Assembly (NCBI GenBank): GCA_963734495.1
Contig: CAVTHK010000016.1
Span: 1 to 64,000 of the forward strand
Reading direction: 5' to 3'
From: an uncultured Spirochaetota bacterium
GTDB taxonomy: Bacteria; Spirochaetota; Spirochaetia; SZUA-6; CAVTHK01
Length of the DNA: 64,000 nt
Part shown: piece after piece, positions 21,022 through 36,984 of the stretch
How positions within the stretch are numbered: the stretch's first letter is position 1
Layout: each line of letters begins with the position of its first letter
The notes under the pieces: model-generated
Databases searched by the model: none
What the model was told of the DNA's origin: nothing
The model's input: the letters and a program-made list of their open reading frames with translations, nothing else
Made by a program: the position numbers and the translations under genes

Positions 21022-24000
21022 ATGTTCGACAAGACGAAAGCGGTAAGCCGTGTGTACCTGGGTCAGGACTATCGGGAAGTCATGGATATCCCGAACCTCA
21101 TCGACATCCAGCTTTCGTCGTACGAGCGCTTCCTGCAGCGCCGCACGCTCCAGGAGGGCAAGCCTCCCGCCAAACAGGGGTTGGAGGAGGTCTTCCAGAC
21201 CACCTTCCCGATCGAGAGCCCGAACGGCGACATGGTGCTGGAGTACGGCGGCTACACGCTGGACGAGCAGAACCAGGCCCTGTCCGAGTTCGAGTGCAAG
21301 CAGAAGGGGCTCACCTTCGCCATCCCCATCAAGGCGAAGATCAACCTCGTGTTCCTGCAGACCGGTGAGATCCGGCAGAAGGAAATCTACATGGGCGACA
21401 TCCCCCTGATGACCGACAGGGGGACCTTTATCATCAACGGCGCCGAGCGCGTGGTCGTCAGCCAGATCCACCGCTCGCCGGGCGTCATCTTCGCCCACGA
21501 AAAGGGCGTCTTCTCGTCGCGCATCATCCCGTACCGCGGCTCCTGGCTCGAGTTCGAGATCGACCAGAAGCGGGAGCTGATCTACGCGAAGATCGACCGC
21601 AAGAAGAAGATCCTCGCCTCGATGTTCCTGAGGGCGCTCGGCTACGAGAGCCGCGAGCAGATCATCGAGCTCTTCTACCAGACCCGCAAGGTGGACATCT
21701 CCGAGGACCGCGAGCAGAAGGAGCAGCTCGCGGGGAGCGTCCTGGCGAGGGCGATCTTCGTTGAAGAAGAAGGCGAGACCAAGAAGCTCTACCGGGCCGG
21801 CGACAAGGTGCACCCGCACGAGATCGACGAGCTGGTCCACCGCGGGGTCAAGACGATCGAGATCATCGACTTCGACCACGAGAAGAGCCTGCACTCACCG
21901 ATCTTCCTCAACTGCTTCGAGCACGAGGAGATCAAGCTGGCCAAGGAAGACCCGGAGCACGATGAGCCGACCAAGCCCGAGGCGCTCGCGGCCGTCTACT
22001 CGGTCATGATGCCCGGCGAGCCGATCACCGTGGAGGCCGCGGAGAAGGACCTCCAGGCGATGTTCTTCTCGACGCGGCGCTACAACCTCGGACGGGTCGG
22101 CCGCTACAAGCTCAACAAGAAGTTCGACTACCCGGAGCCGGTCAAGACTCACACTCTGGTCAAAGAAGACATCATCAACACGATGCGCTACCTCGTCGAG
22201 GTCTACATCGGCGAGGCGCCCGTCGACGACATCGACCACCTCGGCAACCGGCGCGTGCGCAGCGTGGGCGAGCTGCTGGCCAACCAGCTCAAGATCGCCT
22301 TTACCCGCATGGAGCGCATCGCGAAGGAGAGGATGTCGCTCAAGGAGACCGACACGATCAAGCCGCAGGACCTGATCTCGATCAAGCCGGTCGTGGCGGC
22401 CCTCAAGGAGTTCTTCGGCTCGAGCCAGCTCTCCCAGTTCATGGACCAGGTCAACCCCCTCTCGGAGCTCACTCACAAGCGCAGGCTCAACGCTCTGGGC
22501 CCCGGGGGACTCTCGCGGGATCGGGCCGGATTCGAGGTGCGCGACGTCCACTACAGCCACTACGGCCGGATGTGCCCGATCGAGACCCCCGAAGGGCCGA
22601 ACATCGGGTTGATCGTGTCGCTCGCCAACTACACCCGGGTCAACGAGTACGGGTTCCTCGAGACCCCCTACCGCAAGGTCAAGAACGGCCGGGTGACCAA
22701 CGAGATCGAGTACCTCTCGGCCCTCGACGAGGACCGCTACTACATCGCGCAGGCCAACGCCCCGATCGACCAGGCCGGCAACTTCAAGGAAAACCTCGTC
22801 CCCGTCCGCAAGGCCGGCGACTACACAACGCGAAAGCCCGACGATATCGCCTACATGGACGTCTCGCCCAAGCAGGTCATCTCGACGTCTGCGTCTCTGA
22901 TCCCGTTCCTCGAGCATGACGACGCGAACCGGGCCCTCATGGGCTCCAACATGCAGCGTCAGGCCGTGCCCCTTGTGCAGCCCGAGCCGCCGCGCGTCGG
23001 GACCGGCATGGAGGGGAGGACCGCTTACGATTCGGGCGTCCTCGTCATCGCGAAGCGGGCGGGGACCGTCACGCACGTCTCCGGCACGGAGGTCCACGTC
23101 AAGCCGTCCAAGGGCGACGAGGAGACCGACGTCTACAGGCTGTTCAAGTACCAGCGGACGAACCAGGACACCTGCTTCCACCAGAAGCCGATCGTGCGGC
23201 TGGGGCAGCGCATCAAGGCGGGTGACGTCATCGCCGACGGGCCGGCCACCTTCTACGGCGAGCTCGCTCTCGGCCGCAACGTGCTCGTCGCGTTCATGCC
23301 GTGGAACGGCTACAACTACGAGGATGCCATCCTCATCTCGGAGAATGTCGTCAAGGAAGACATCTTCACCTCCATCCACATCAAGGAGTTCGCGATCGAG
23401 GTCCGCGAGACCAAGCTCGGGCCCGAGAAGATCACGCGCGACATCCCGAACACCAACGAAAAGGCCTTCGAGCAACTCGACGAGGAAGGGATCATCCGCA
23501 TCGGCGCCCATGTCGGCTCGGGCTCGATCCTGGTCGGCAAGGTGACGCCCAAGTCCGAGACGGACTCGACGCCGGAGTTCAAGCTGCTGAACTCGATCTT
23601 CGGCGAGAAGGCCAAGGAAGTGCGCGACACCAGCCTTCGCGTCCCCCACGGCGTCGGGGGCACCGTGATCGACGTGCAGCGCCTCAAGCGGTCAGAGGGC
23701 GACGATCTGAATCCGGGCGTCATCGAAGTGGTCAAGGTGCTCGTCGCCACCAAGCGCAAGCTCCAGGAAGGCGACAAGATGGCGGGCCGCCACGGCAACA
23801 AGGGCGTCATCGCCCGGGTCCTGCCCGAGGAAGAGATGCCCTACATGGCCGACGGGACGCCGGTGGACGTCGTGCTGAATCCGCTCGGCGTGCCTTCGCG
23901 TATGAACCTGGGCCAGATCCTCGAGACCGAGCTGGGCTGGGCCGCCGAGACTCTCAACGAGTGGTACGCGACCCCCGTGTTCCAGTCCGCCACCGAGGAC

Positions 24001-24516
24001 CAGATCGGGGACAAGTTCAAGGTCGCGGGGCTGCCGCTGACGTCCAAGACCCTGCTCTACGACGGCCAGACCGGCGAGCCCTTCGAGAACCCCGTGCAGG
24101 TCGGCATCATCTACATGATGAAGCTTCACCACCTGGTCGACGACAAGATGCACGCCCGCTCGACCGGGCCCTACTCGCTGGTCACTCAGCAGCCTCTCGG
24201 GGGCAAGGCCCAGTTCGGCGGCCAGAGGCTGGGCGAGATGGAGGTGTGGGCGCTCGAGGCGTACGGCGCCGCGAACACGCTGCAGGAGCTGCTCACGGTC
24301 AAGAGCGACGACATGACCGGCCGCGCCAAGATCTACGAAAGCATCGTCAAGGGGGAGGTCGCCACGGTGGCGGGGATCCCCGAGTCGTTCAACGTCCTCG
24401 TGCAGGAGATGCGCGGCCTGGCGCTCGACGTGCAGATCTACGACGGCAAGGGAAAGCAGATCGGTCTCACGGAGCGCGACGAGGAGCTGATCACGCGGCA
24501 GGGCAGCCAGTTCTAG
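21022..24516 (+). CDS. rpoB: RNA polymerase beta subunit
   Basis: [61 protein letters not shown]. Confidence 0.99.
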   Translation: MFDKTKAVSRVYLGQDYREVMDIPNLIDIQLSSYERFLQRRTLQEGKPPAKQGLEEVFQTTFPIESPNGDMVLEYGGYTLDEQNQALSEFECKQKGLTFAIPIKAKINLVFLQTGEIRQKEIYMGDIPLMTDRGTFIINGAERVVVSQIHRSPGVIFAHEKGVFSSRIIPYRGSWLEFEIDQKRELIYAKIDRKKKILASMFLRALGYESREQIIELFYQTRKVDISEDREQKEQLAGSVLARAIFVEEEGETKKLYRAGDKVHPHEIDELVHRGVKTIEIIDFDHEKSLHSPIFLNCFEHEEIKLAKEDPEHDEPTKPEALAAVYSVMMPGEPITVEAAEKDLQAMFFSTRRYNLGRVGRYKLNKKFDYPEPVKTHTLVKEDIINTMRYLVEVYIGEAPVDDIDHLGNRRVRSVGELLANQLKIAFTRMERIAKERMSLKETDTIKPQDLISIKPVVAALKEFFGSSQLSQFMDQVNPLSELTHKRRLNALGPGGLSRDRAGFEVRDVHYSHYGRMCPIETPEGPNIGLIVSLANYTRVNEYGFLETPYRKVKNGRVTNEIEYLSALDEDRYYIAQANAPIDQAGNFKENLVPVRKAGDYTTRKPDDIAYMDVSPKQVISTSASLIPFLEHDDANRALMGSNMQRQAVPLVQPEPPRVGTGMEGRTAYDSGVLVIAKRAGTVTHVSGTEVHVKPSKGDEETDVYRLFKYQRTNQDTCFHQKPIVRLGQRIKAGDVIADGPATFYGELALGRNVLVAFMPWNGYNYEDAILISENVVKEDIFTSIHIKEFAIEVRETKLGPEKITRDIPNTNEKAFEQLDEEGIIRIGAHVGSGSILVGKVTPKSETDSTPEFKLLNSIFGEKAKEVRDTSLRVPHGVGGTVIDVQRLKRSEGDDLNPGVIEVVKVLVATKRKLQEGDKMAGRHGNKGVIARVLPEEEMPYMADGTPVDVVLNPLGVPSRMNLGQILETELGWAAETLNEWYATPVFQSATEDQIGDKFKVAGLPLTSKTLLYDGQTGEPFENPVQVGIIYMMKLHHLVDDKMHARSTGPYSLVTQQPLGGKAQFGGQRLGEMEVWALEAYGAANTLQELLTVKSDDMTGRAKIYESIVKGEVATVAGIPESFNVLVQEMRGLALDVQIYDGKGKQIGLTERDEELITRQGSQF

Positions 24517-24677
24517 CAGCCTGTCGGGCCGCGGCAGGCCGTAGTTGGCGGCGCTGCCGCGGGTCCGGGCGCGGAGGACCGCGCCCGATCTAGCGGCCGG
24601 GTCCCGGCGGCAGGGCGCCGCGGACCCCGAGGGCATTCGACCCGGCGATTCGAGAGCGCCGGGTGCGGGGAGGGGAC

Positions 24678-28943
<4,266 letters not shown>

Positions 28944-29069
28944 CGCTGCGCGCGGGCAAGAGCGCGCGGGCCCGGGTCATCCTGGCGCTTGCCCGGCGCT
29001 GACGCCATCTCCGGCGAGTACGCCGGACCAGGGCGCATGGCTGCGCCGGGCCCGGGTCATCCATGACCC

Positions 29070-29098
29070 TTGACTTTTTTTGGGGCGGCTGGTACGTT
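29070..29098 (+). promoter_or_regulatory. Sigma-70 promoter of the str operon
   Basis: TTGACT-N17-TACGTT with TGn extended -10. Confidence 0.65.
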
Positions 29099-29134
29099 CA
29101 CGACTTCGCGGCGAGTAACAGAGCGGGAGTACGC

Positions 29135-29509
29135 ATGCCTACGATCAATCAGCTGGTTCGGTTGGGGCGCAAGCCTCCGCGTCACAAGACAAAGGCGCCC
29201 GCCCTGGCGTCGTGCCCTCAGAAGCGCGGCGTCTGCACGCGCGTGATGACCGTCACTCCGAAGAAGCCCAACTCCGCGCTGCGCAAGGTTGCGCGCGTGA
29301 GACTCAGCAACAGCATCGAGGTGACCGCCTACATCCCGGGCATCGGGCACAACCTGCAGGAGCACTCGGTGGTGCTCATCCGAGGCGGCCGCGTCAAGGA
29401 CCTGCCGGGCGTCCGCTACCACATCGTCCGCGGGACCAAGGACACGCTTGGCGTCGAGGACCGCCGGAAGGCGCGGTCAAAGTACGGGGCCAAGCGGCCC
29501 AAGGCGTAG
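29135..29509 (+). CDS. rpsL: 30S ribosomal protein S12
   Basis: [32 protein letters not shown]. Confidence 0.99.
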   Translation: MPTINQLVRLGRKPPRHKTKAPALASCPQKRGVCTRVMTVTPKKPNSALRKVARVRLSNSIEVTAYIPGIGHNLQEHSVVLIRGGRVKDLPGVRYHIVRGTKDTLGVEDRRKARSKYGAKRPKA

Positions 29510-29521
29510 GAGCAGCAGAGA

Positions 29522-29995
29522 ATGCCGAGGAAGACGGTCAAGCGTGATGTCCGGGAGATCGTCCCGGACCCGAGGTACAAGAGCGTGGCAGTTGCGCGGT
29601 TCATCGGCCGCATGCTGGTCACGGGCAAGCGATCGGTCGGGCAGGGCATTGTGTATGACGCTCTGGAGACCATCAAGGAGAAGGTGAAGAAGGACCCTCT
29701 CGAGGTGTTTCTCAAGGCCATCGAGAACGTCAAGCCGTCGGTGGAAGTCAAGTCGCGGCGCGTCGGCGGCTCGACCTACCAGGTGCCGGTGGAGATCCGC
29801 GCGCAGCGCGGAGACGCTCTCGCGATGCGCTGGATCATCTCGTTCGCTCGTTCTCGGGGCGGCCGTTCGATGAGCGAGAAGCTGGCCGCTGAGCTGACCG
29901 ACGCGTTCAATCAGACCGGTTCGGCCTTCAAGAAAAAAGAGGACACGCACAAGATGGCGGAGGCCAACAAGGCCTTTGCCCACTATCGGTGGTAA
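29522..29995 (+). CDS. rpsG: 30S ribosomal protein S7
   Basis: [31 protein letters not shown]. Confidence 0.99.
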   Translation: MPRKTVKRDVREIVPDPRYKSVAVARFIGRMLVTGKRSVGQGIVYDALETIKEKVKKDPLEVFLKAIENVKPSVEVKSRRVGGSTYQVPVEIRAQRGDALAMRWIISFARSRGGRSMSEKLAAELTDAFNQTGSAFKKKEDTHKMAEANKAFAHYRW

Positions 29996-30008
29996 GCAGC
30001 ACCCTTCG

Positions 30009-32090
30009 ATGGGTGTGCCCATAGACAGGATCCGCAACATCGGCATCATGGCGCACATCGATGCCGGCAAGACGACGACGACCGAGCGGATGTTGTTCTA
30101 TACCGGCAGGACTCGCAGAATCGGCGAGGTTGATGCCGGTGATTCGCAGATGGACTGGATGGAGCTGGAGCGGGAGCGGGGGATCTCGATCACCGCTGCA
30201 GCGACCACCTGCCACTGGAAGGGTCACCAGGTCAACATCATCGATACACCCGGGCACGTCGACTTCACGGTCGAAGTGGAACGTTCTTTGAGAATACTGG
30301 ACGGCGCGGTCGCGATTTTCTGCGCCGTTTCCGGGGTGCAGGCGCAGAGCGAGGCGGTCTGGAAGCGGGCGACGCGGTACGGGATCCCGAGGGTGGTGTT
30401 CGTCAACAAGATGGACAGGCGGGGCGCCGACTTCTACGGGGTGCTCGGCGAGCTGCGCGAGCGCCTCGGAGCCAACGCCGTGGCGGTGCAGGTGCCGCTG
30501 GGACAGGGTGATGACTTCCGCGGAGTGGTTGACCTGATCGGGATGGTGGCCCTCCAGTGGGACCCCGAGGATGACTTCGGGGCGACCTTCAGGGTCGAGC
30601 CTGTCCCTGACGATCTCGCGGAGCGCGCGCGCAGCCTGCGGCGACAGCTCCTGGAGCGGCTCGGCGAGCAGGACGATGCTCTGCTGGCGGAGCTGCTCGA
30701 GGAGCGGGTGCCCGATCCCGCGGAGGTGCGCGCCTCGCTGCGGTCGGCGGTGATCAGGGGAGGCGTCTTCCCGGTGCTGTGCGGCGCGGCTTACCGGAAC
30801 ACCGCCGTGCAGCCCCTGCTGGACGCGGTCTGCGACTACCTGCCGTCGCCGGTCGATCTTCCAGCGGTGGCGGGCTCCGACCCGGCGACCGGGGCGCGGG
30901 TGGAGCGGTCGGCGGTCTCCGGAGGGCCCCTGGCGGCCCTCGCCTTCAAATTGGCGGTCGACCCGTACGTGGGCAAGCTGGTCTACCTGAGGTTGTACTC
31001 GGGGACACTGCGCAGGGGCGAGAGCGCGCGGAATTCGACCCGGGGACGCAGCGACCGCGTGGCCAGGCTGTTTCGGGTGCACGCCAACCGGCGCGAGGAG
31101 ATCCAGTCCGCCGAAGCCGGGGACATCGTGGCGGTCGCGGGGCTGCGGCACACGGTCACAGGGGACACCCTCTGCGACCCTGATGCCCCGATCCTGCTGG
31201 AAGCGATGGCGTTCCCGGACCCTGTGGTCTCGGTGGTTCTGGAGCCTCGTCGCCAGGCGGATGCAGCGGCGCTGCCGGGGGCTCTTGCGGCGCTGGTCGA
31301 GGAGGACCCGAGCCTGCAGCTGCGCACCGACCCGGAGAGCGGGCAGGCGCTGGTCGCGGGAATGGGGGAGCTCCACATCGAGATCCTCGTCGAGCGGCTG
31401 GCGCGCGAGCACGGGGTCCAGGTCAGGGTGGGCCGGCCCCTGGTGGCTTACCGGGAGACGGTGACGACCGCCGCGACGGCGGAAGCCGTGTTCGACCGCC
31501 AGGACCCGCGGACCGGCGAGAGGCGCTACGCGCGGGTCTCGGTCGGCGTGGTGCCGGGGCCGGCGGGTTCGGGCTTCCGGTGCGTGAGCGGCATCGCCCC
31601 CGGGGCGTTGCCGCGAGAGCTCGAGGAAGCGGCGCGCGCAGGGGTCGAAGGCGCGGCCGGCAGCGGAGTGGTGGCGGGGTATCCGGTGACCGACATGCAG
31701 GCCACGCTGACGGACGCCGGATGGCAGCCTGGGACTTCCGAGGCCGCGGCATTCCGGGTCGCGGGCGCACTGGCGCTGCAGAAGGCACTCGCGGAAGGCG
31801 GGGCCTGTCTGGTGGAGCCGATGATGCTGGTCGAGGTGAGCGCGCCCGGCGAGTTCCTCGGTCCGGTCGTGGCGGAGCTCATCGGGCGCTCCGGGGCGAT
31901 CGAGGGCGTCGAAGAGACGTCCGAGGGAGAAGTCGTGCGGGCGGTGGTCCCGCTGCGCACGATGTTCGGTTATGCGACGGCCCTGCGGTCGGAGACCGGC
32001 GGCCGGGCGGCCTTCAGTATGAGGTTCAGGGAGTACGGGCGGATGCCCTCGGCGGTCCAGAAAGAGCTTCTGGAGCCGAAAAATGGTTAA
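30009..32090 (+). CDS. fusA: Elongation factor G family GTPase, divergent (EF-G2/spdEFG2-like)
   Basis: [38 protein letters not shown]; domain IV tip loops are degenerate. Confidence 0.9.
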   Translation: MGVPIDRIRNIGIMAHIDAGKTTTTERMLFYTGRTRRIGEVDAGDSQMDWMELERERGISITAAATTCHWKGHQVNIIDTPGHVDFTVEVERSLRILDGAVAIFCAVSGVQAQSEAVWKRATRYGIPRVVFVNKMDRRGADFYGVLGELRERLGANAVAVQVPLGQGDDFRGVVDLIGMVALQWDPEDDFGATFRVEPVPDDLAERARSLRRQLLERLGEQDDALLAELLEERVPDPAEVRASLRSAVIRGGVFPVLCGAAYRNTAVQPLLDAVCDYLPSPVDLPAVAGSDPATGARVERSAVSGGPLAALAFKLAVDPYVGKLVYLRLYSGTLRRGESARNSTRGRSDRVARLFRVHANRREEIQSAEAGDIVAVAGLRHTVTGDTLCDPDAPILLEAMAFPDPVVSVVLEPRRQADAAALPGALAALVEEDPSLQLRTDPESGQALVAGMGELHIEILVERLAREHGVQVRVGRPLVAYRETVTTAATAEAVFDRQDPRTGERRYARVSVGVVPGPAGSGFRCVSGIAPGALPRELEEAARAGVEGAAGSGVVAGYPVTDMQATLTDAGWQPGTSEAAAFRVAGALALQKALAEGGACLVEPMMLVEVSAPGEFLGPVVAELIGRSGAIEGVEETSEGEVVRAVVPLRTMFGYATALRSETGGRAAFSMRFREYGRMPSAVQKELLEPKNG

Positions 32091-32108
32091 GTTACAGCCC
32101 AGGGGTGC

Positions 32109-32138
32109 TTTACCTTCCTGGTGCATTTGATGTAGACT
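32109..32138 (+). promoter_or_regulatory. Putative internal promoter for tuf
   Basis: AT-richer island between fusA and tuf with TTTACC-N18-TAGACT. Confidence 0.45.
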
Positions 32139-32185
32139 GCGGCCTGCCCGCGTGACGGATGGGCGGGGCTGCCTAGGAGGAAAGG

Positions 32186-33376
32186 ATGGCCAAGGACAAG
32201 TTCCAGAGGACGAAGCCGCACATCAACGTAGGTACGATCGGCCACATCGACCACGGCAAGACCACCCTCACTGCTGCCATCACGATGTACTGCGCGAAGA
32301 AGTACGGCGACAAGGTGATGAAGTACGAGGACATCGACAATGCGCCCGAGGAAAAGGCGCGCGGCATCACCATCAACACGCGGCACGTCGAGTACCAGAG
32401 CGAACAGCGGCACTACGCGCATGTCGACTGCCCCGGCCATGCCGACTATATCAAGAACATGATCACGGGCGCCGCGCAGATGGACGGTGCCATCCTCGTC
32501 GTGTCGGCGCCGGACTCCGTCATGCCGCAGACGCGCGAGCACATCCTTCTCGCGCGGCAGGTGGGCGTTCCGAAGATCCTCGTCTACATGAACAAGGTGG
32601 ACATGGTCGACGACCCCGAGCTGCTGGACCTTGTGGAAGAAGAGATCCGCGAAGTGCTCACCTACTACGGGTTCCCCGGCAAGGAGACGCCCATCATCCG
32701 CGGCAGCGCCTTCGCGGCCATGACCAAGCCGGACGACGCCGCTTCCACCAAGAGCATCGAAGAGCTGCTCACCGCGATGGACACCTATTTCCCGCTGCCC
32801 CAGCGCGATATCGACAAGCCCTTCCTGATGCCCATCGAGGACGTGTTCTCGATCTCGGGCCGCGGCACTGTCGTCACGGGCCGCATCGAGAGGGGCATCG
32901 TCAAGGTCGGGGACGAAGTGGAGATCGTCGGCATCCGCGAGACGCGCAAGACGGTCGTCACCGGCGTGGAGATGTTCAACAAGATCCTCGACGAAGGGCG
33001 CGCCGGCGACAACGTCGGCACCCTGCTGCGCGGCGTCGACAAGGATGAAGTCGAGCGCGGGCAGGTCCTGGCCAAGCCCGGCAGCATCACGCCGCACAAG
33101 AAGTTCACGTGCCAGGTGCTCGCGCTGTCGACGGCCGAGGGCGGACGCCACTCGCCGTTCTTCCCCGGGTATCGGCCCCAGTTCTACTTCCGCACCACGG
33201 ATGTGACCGGGACCATCACCCTCAGTGAGGAACGCAAGATGGTCATGCCCGGCGACAACGCGGAGATGACGGTCGAGCTGATCAACTCCATAGCGATGGA
33301 GAAGGGGCTGCGCTTCGCCATCCGGGAGGGTGGCAAGACGGTGGCCGCCGGCGCCGTCCTGGAGATCATCGAGTAG
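32186..33376 (+). CDS. tuf: Elongation factor Tu
   Basis: [45 protein letters not shown]. Confidence 0.99.
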   Translation: MAKDKFQRTKPHINVGTIGHIDHGKTTLTAAITMYCAKKYGDKVMKYEDIDNAPEEKARGITINTRHVEYQSEQRHYAHVDCPGHADYIKNMITGAAQMDGAILVVSAPDSVMPQTREHILLARQVGVPKILVYMNKVDMVDDPELLDLVEEEIREVLTYYGFPGKETPIIRGSAFAAMTKPDDAASTKSIEELLTAMDTYFPLPQRDIDKPFLMPIEDVFSISGRGTVVTGRIERGIVKVGDEVEIVGIRETRKTVVTGVEMFNKILDEGRAGDNVGTLLRGVDKDEVERGQVLAKPGSITPHKKFTCQVLALSTAEGGRHSPFFPGYRPQFYFRTTDVTGTITLSEERKMVMPGDNAEMTVELINSIAMEKGLRFAIREGGKTVAAGAVLEIIE

Positions 33377-33389
33377 GCTGTGAGAGCCT

Positions 33390-33419
33390 GCGGCAGTCGC
33401 AGCGACTGCCGCTTTTTTT
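33390..33419 (+). terminator. Intrinsic terminator between tuf and rpsJ
   Basis: GCGGCAGTC-GCAGC-GACTGCCGC followed by TTTTTTT. Confidence 0.85.
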
Positions 33420-33530
33420 GGGCTGGGGACAGACCGCTCCGGCGCCGTCCGGTGGCGCAAGCGTCTGGCGGCCGTACGCCGGACGATGCGCCACATCGGG
33501 CGCAGAGCGGTTGTCCGGTCTGGAGGGACC

Positions 33531-33839
33531 ATGGCCAAGGACAGGATAAGGGTCCGCCTGCGGGGGTTCGACGTCGAGCTCATAGACCAGAGCTCGCGGT
33601 CCATCGTGCAGACGGTGCTCAAGGCCGGCAGCAAGGTGTCGGGACCGATCCCCCTTCCGACCCGGACCAACAAGTTCACGGTCCTGCGCTCGCCGCACGT
33701 GAACAAGAAGTCCCGGGAGCAGTTCGAGATGCGGACCCACAAGCGGCTCATCGACATCATCGAGCCGACCTCGGCAGTGATGGACGCGCTGATGAAGCTG
33801 GAGCTGCCGGCCGGAGTGGACGTCGAGATCAAGCAGTGA
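33531..33839 (+). CDS. rpsJ: 30S ribosomal protein S10
   Basis: [33 protein letters not shown]. Confidence 0.98.
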   Translation: MAKDRIRVRLRGFDVELIDQSSRSIVQTVLKAGSKVSGPIPLPTRTNKFTVLRSPHVNKKSREQFEMRTHKRLIDIIEPTSAVMDALMKLELPAGVDVEIKQ

Positions 33840-33846
33840 GGACCAG

Positions 33847-34467
33847 ATGAGAGCCCTGATTGGCACGAAGATCGGGATGACCCAGGTTTTTGACGAGGCT
33901 GGCAACGTCGTGCCCGTCACGGCGATCAAGGTCGAGCCGAATCTCGTGATCGGACAGAGGGTCGCGGACAAGAACGGCTACGACGCCGTGGTCCTCGGGG
34001 CGATGGCGGCCAAGAAGACCCGCGTGAGCAAGCCCAAGGCCGGCCAGTTCCCCGAGGGCGCCGAGCTCAAGCGTGTCGTGCGCGAGGTGCGGGACTTCGA
34101 CGGCGAGGTCAAGGTCGGCGGCGCGATCGGGCTGGAGCTCTTCGAGGGAGTCGCGTTCGTGGACGTCCAGGCCGTGTCCAAGGGCAAGGGTTTCCAGGGC
34201 GTCGTCAAGCGCCACGGGATGAAAGGCGGACCGGGGGCGCACGGCACGAAGTTCGGCCGGGAGGCGGGTTCGACGGGCATGCGTTCCACCCCCGGCAAGA
34301 CATTCAAGGGCATACGGAACGCGGGTCGGATGGGCAACGAGACCGTGACGATGCAGAACCTGCCGCTGGTGCGTCTCGACGCGGAGAAGCAGCTTCTGCT
34401 CGTCAAGGGCAGCGTCCCGGGGCCGCGCAACGCCGTGGTCCTGGTTCGCGAGGCGATCAAGAAGTAG
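33847..34467 (+). CDS. rplC: 50S ribosomal protein L3
   Basis: [28 protein letters not shown]. Confidence 0.98.
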   Translation: MRALIGTKIGMTQVFDEAGNVVPVTAIKVEPNLVIGQRVADKNGYDAVVLGAMAAKKTRVSKPKAGQFPEGAELKRVVREVRDFDGEVKVGGAIGLELFEGVAFVDVQAVSKGKGFQGVVKRHGMKGGPGAHGTKFGREAGSTGMRSTPGKTFKGIRNAGRMGNETVTMQNLPLVRLDAEKQLLLVKGSVPGPRNAVVLVREAIKK

Positions 34468-34479
34468 CGGAGCGCGTTG

Positions 34480-35106
34480 ATGGAAGGTCGGGTTTATTCA
34501 ATCGAGGGGAAAGAGGTCCGCACGGTGCCTCTGAGCGACGAGGTCTTCGGCCGCGAGGTCAGCGAGGGCGCGATCTACTACGCCGTGAACAACGAGCTGG
34601 CGAACCTCAGGGTGGGGACTGCGAAGGTCAAGACCCGGGGCGAGGTCAAGGGAACGAGCAAGAAGCCCTGGCGGCAGAAGGGCACGGGCCGCGCGCGCGC
34701 GGGCCGGAGGCGCTCGCCCGTGTGGGTCGGCGGCGGCAAGATCTTCGGTCCGACGCCGCGGGACTACCATTTCGCGGTTCCGCGCAAGGCGAAGCGCGTC
34801 GCGATCCGGAGCATCCTCAGCCTGGCCTGCCGCGAGAACCGGATCAAGATCGTCGAGGATTTCGACATCGACTCGGGAAAGACCAAGGAGCTCGCGAAGA
34901 TACTGGGGAACCTCACTGATCGGCAGAACACGGTCATGATCCTGGACGCGGAGAACGCCGCCAGGATCAGGCGGGCGGGCGGGAACATCCCGTGGCTCAC
35001 GATGCTCGCGTACAACCGTCTGAGGGCGGTCGACATGTTCTACGGCCGCAACGTGTTGATCCTCGAGGGCGCGGCGCGCAAGCTCGATGAGTTCTACAGG
35101 CAGTAG
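34480..35106 (+). CDS. rplD: 50S ribosomal protein L4
   Basis: KKPWRQKGTGRARAG, GGGKIFGP. Confidence 0.98.
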   Translation: MEGRVYSIEGKEVRTVPLSDEVFGREVSEGAIYYAVNNELANLRVGTAKVKTRGEVKGTSKKPWRQKGTGRARAGRRRSPVWVGGGKIFGPTPRDYHFAVPRKAKRVAIRSILSLACRENRIKIVEDFDIDSGKTKELAKILGNLTDRQNTVMILDAENAARIRRAGGNIPWLTMLAYNRLRAVDMFYGRNVLILEGAARKLDEFYRQ

Positions 35107-35122
35107 CCGGGGGGCGGCACGA

Positions 35123-35401
35123 ATGGACGAGATCATCATCGAGCCGGTGCTCACGGAAAAGTCGAACATCATGCGGGAGTCGAACAAGTACGCCTTCAAG
35201 GTGGCCACCCGCGCGAACAAGATGCAGGTCATGGACGCGGTGCGGCGGCTGTTCGAGGTGCACCCTCTCACCTGCCGCATCATGACGGTCAAGCGCAAGC
35301 CCAAGAGGGTGCGCTACCGCAAGGGCTACACGGCGTCGTGGAAAAAGGCCGTGGTCACCCTCCCCGCCGGCGAGAAGATCTCGCTGTTCGAAGGAGCATG
35401 A
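35123..35401 (+). CDS. rplW: 50S ribosomal protein L23
   Basis: [21 protein letters not shown]. Confidence 0.97.
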   Translation: MDEIIIEPVLTEKSNIMRESNKYAFKVATRANKMQVMDAVRRLFEVHPLTCRIMTVKRKPKRVRYRKGYTASWKKAVVTLPAGEKISLFEGA

Positions 35402-35405
35402 GGTC

Positions 35406-36231
35406 ATGGGCATAAAGACGTACAGGCCCAACACGCCCGGTCTCCGCCAGAAGACGACGCTGACCTTCGAGGAGATCACCAGGACCAGGCCGGAGAAGTC
35501 CCTGACGAAGGGCCTGCCGTCCAGGGCGGGCCGCGGCGCCGGCGGTCGGGTCAGCGCGTGGCACCGGGGCGGGCAGCACAAGAGGCTCTACCGCGAGATC
35601 GACTTCCGCAGGGACAAGACGGGCATTCCCGGGAAAGTCGTCGCGATCGAGTACGACCCGAACCGCAGCGCGAATATCGCCCTCGTGCAGTACGCCGACG
35701 GCGAAAAGCGCTACATCCTCGCGCCCAAGGGGCTCGAGGTCGGGCGGAAAGTGGCCTCCGGCCCGGGTTCGCCGCTCGAAGTGGGCAACACGCTCCCTCT
35801 CGAGGGCATCCCGCTCGGCATGGAAGTGCACAACGTCGAGCTGCAGTTCGGTCGCGGCGGCCAGATGGTCCGCGCGGCGGGCGGCGAGCGCGACGGTGGT
35901 CGCCAAGGAAGGCGACTACGTGACGCTGCGGCTGCCTTCGGGGGAGATGCGCATGGTCTTCCACCGGTGCAGCGCGACCGTCGGTGTGGTGGGCAACGAG
36001 GACCACATGAACGTGTCGCTGGGCAAGGCGGGCCGCTCGAGATGGCTCGGCCGCCGGCCTCATGTCCGCGGCGTGGCGATGAACCCGCATGACCACCCGC
36101 ACGGAGGCGGCGAGGGCAAGACTTCCGGCGGACGTCACCCGGTGACGCCGTGGGGCGTGCCGACCAAGGGGCACAAGACGCGCAACAAGCGCAAGCCTTC
36201 GGGCAAGTTCATCGTGAAGCGGCGGAAATAG
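35406..36231 (+). CDS. rplB: 50S ribosomal protein L2 (frameshift near 35884)
   Basis: [36 protein letters not shown], in two frames. Confidence 0.97.
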
Positions 36232-36240
36232 GAGCAGGCG

Positions 36241-36522
36241 GTGTCCAGGTCTATCAAGAAGGGGCCCTTCATCGAGAAGAGCCTGTACAAGAAGGTGCTC
36301 GACGCGAGCAAGGCAGCCGATCGCCGGATGATCAAGACCTACTCGCGATGCTCGACAATCATCCCGGAGATGGTGGGTCTTACGCTGTCGGTGTACAACG
36401 GGCGGACCTGGATGCCCGTGTACGTAACGGAGAACCTGGTCGGGCACAAGCTCGGCGAGTTCGCTCCGACCCGGATCTTCCGGGGCCATGCGGGCTCGGA
36501 CCGCAAGGCCGTCAAGGCGTAG
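36241..36522 (+). CDS. rpsS: 30S ribosomal protein S19
   Basis: [20 protein letters not shown]. Confidence 0.98.
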   Translation: MSRSIKKGPFIEKSLYKKVLDASKAADRRMIKTYSRCSTIIPEMVGLTLSVYNGRTWMPVYVTENLVGHKLGEFAPTRIFRGHAGSDRKAVKA

Positions 36523-36588
36523 GACGTGGAGGTCCAGGTCCGCGCGCGCACGAGACGTACGGACGCGCGGGTCTGAAAGGGGAAGGCC

Positions 36589-36984
36589 ATGGCCATGACT
36601 CACAAGAAGGGCTACTTCGCGCGGGCGCGCTTCCTCCTCTCGGCTCCCTCGAAGGTCCGCCGCATCGCGAACGAGGTGCGCAGGAAGCCGTACCCGGAGG
36701 CGATCGCGTTCCTGGAGAGCCTGCCCCACAAGGGGGCCCGGCTGCTGCGCAAGGTCGTCGTGTCCGCAGCCGCGAACGCGCTGTTCGTGAACAAGAACCT
36801 CGACGAGGGCGCGCTCTACATCAAGGAGCTGCTCGTCGACGAGGGGCCCAGGCTGAAGCGCATGTGGCCGCGCGGCCGCGGGCGCGCGGACAGGATCCAG
36901 AGGCGAATGAGCCACATCAGCGTCGTCGTCGAAGAGATCGCCGGCGCGGGCGGGCGAGGAGCGAGCGGTGGGACAGAAGGTTAA
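36589..36984 (+). CDS. rplV: 50S ribosomal protein L22
   Basis: [26 protein letters not shown]. Confidence 0.97.
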   Translation: MAMTHKKGYFARARFLLSAPSKVRRIANEVRRKPYPEAIAFLESLPHKGARLLRKVVVSAAANALFVNKNLDEGALYIKELLVDEGPRLKRMWPRGRGRADRIQRRMSHISVVVEEIAGAGGRGASGGTEG

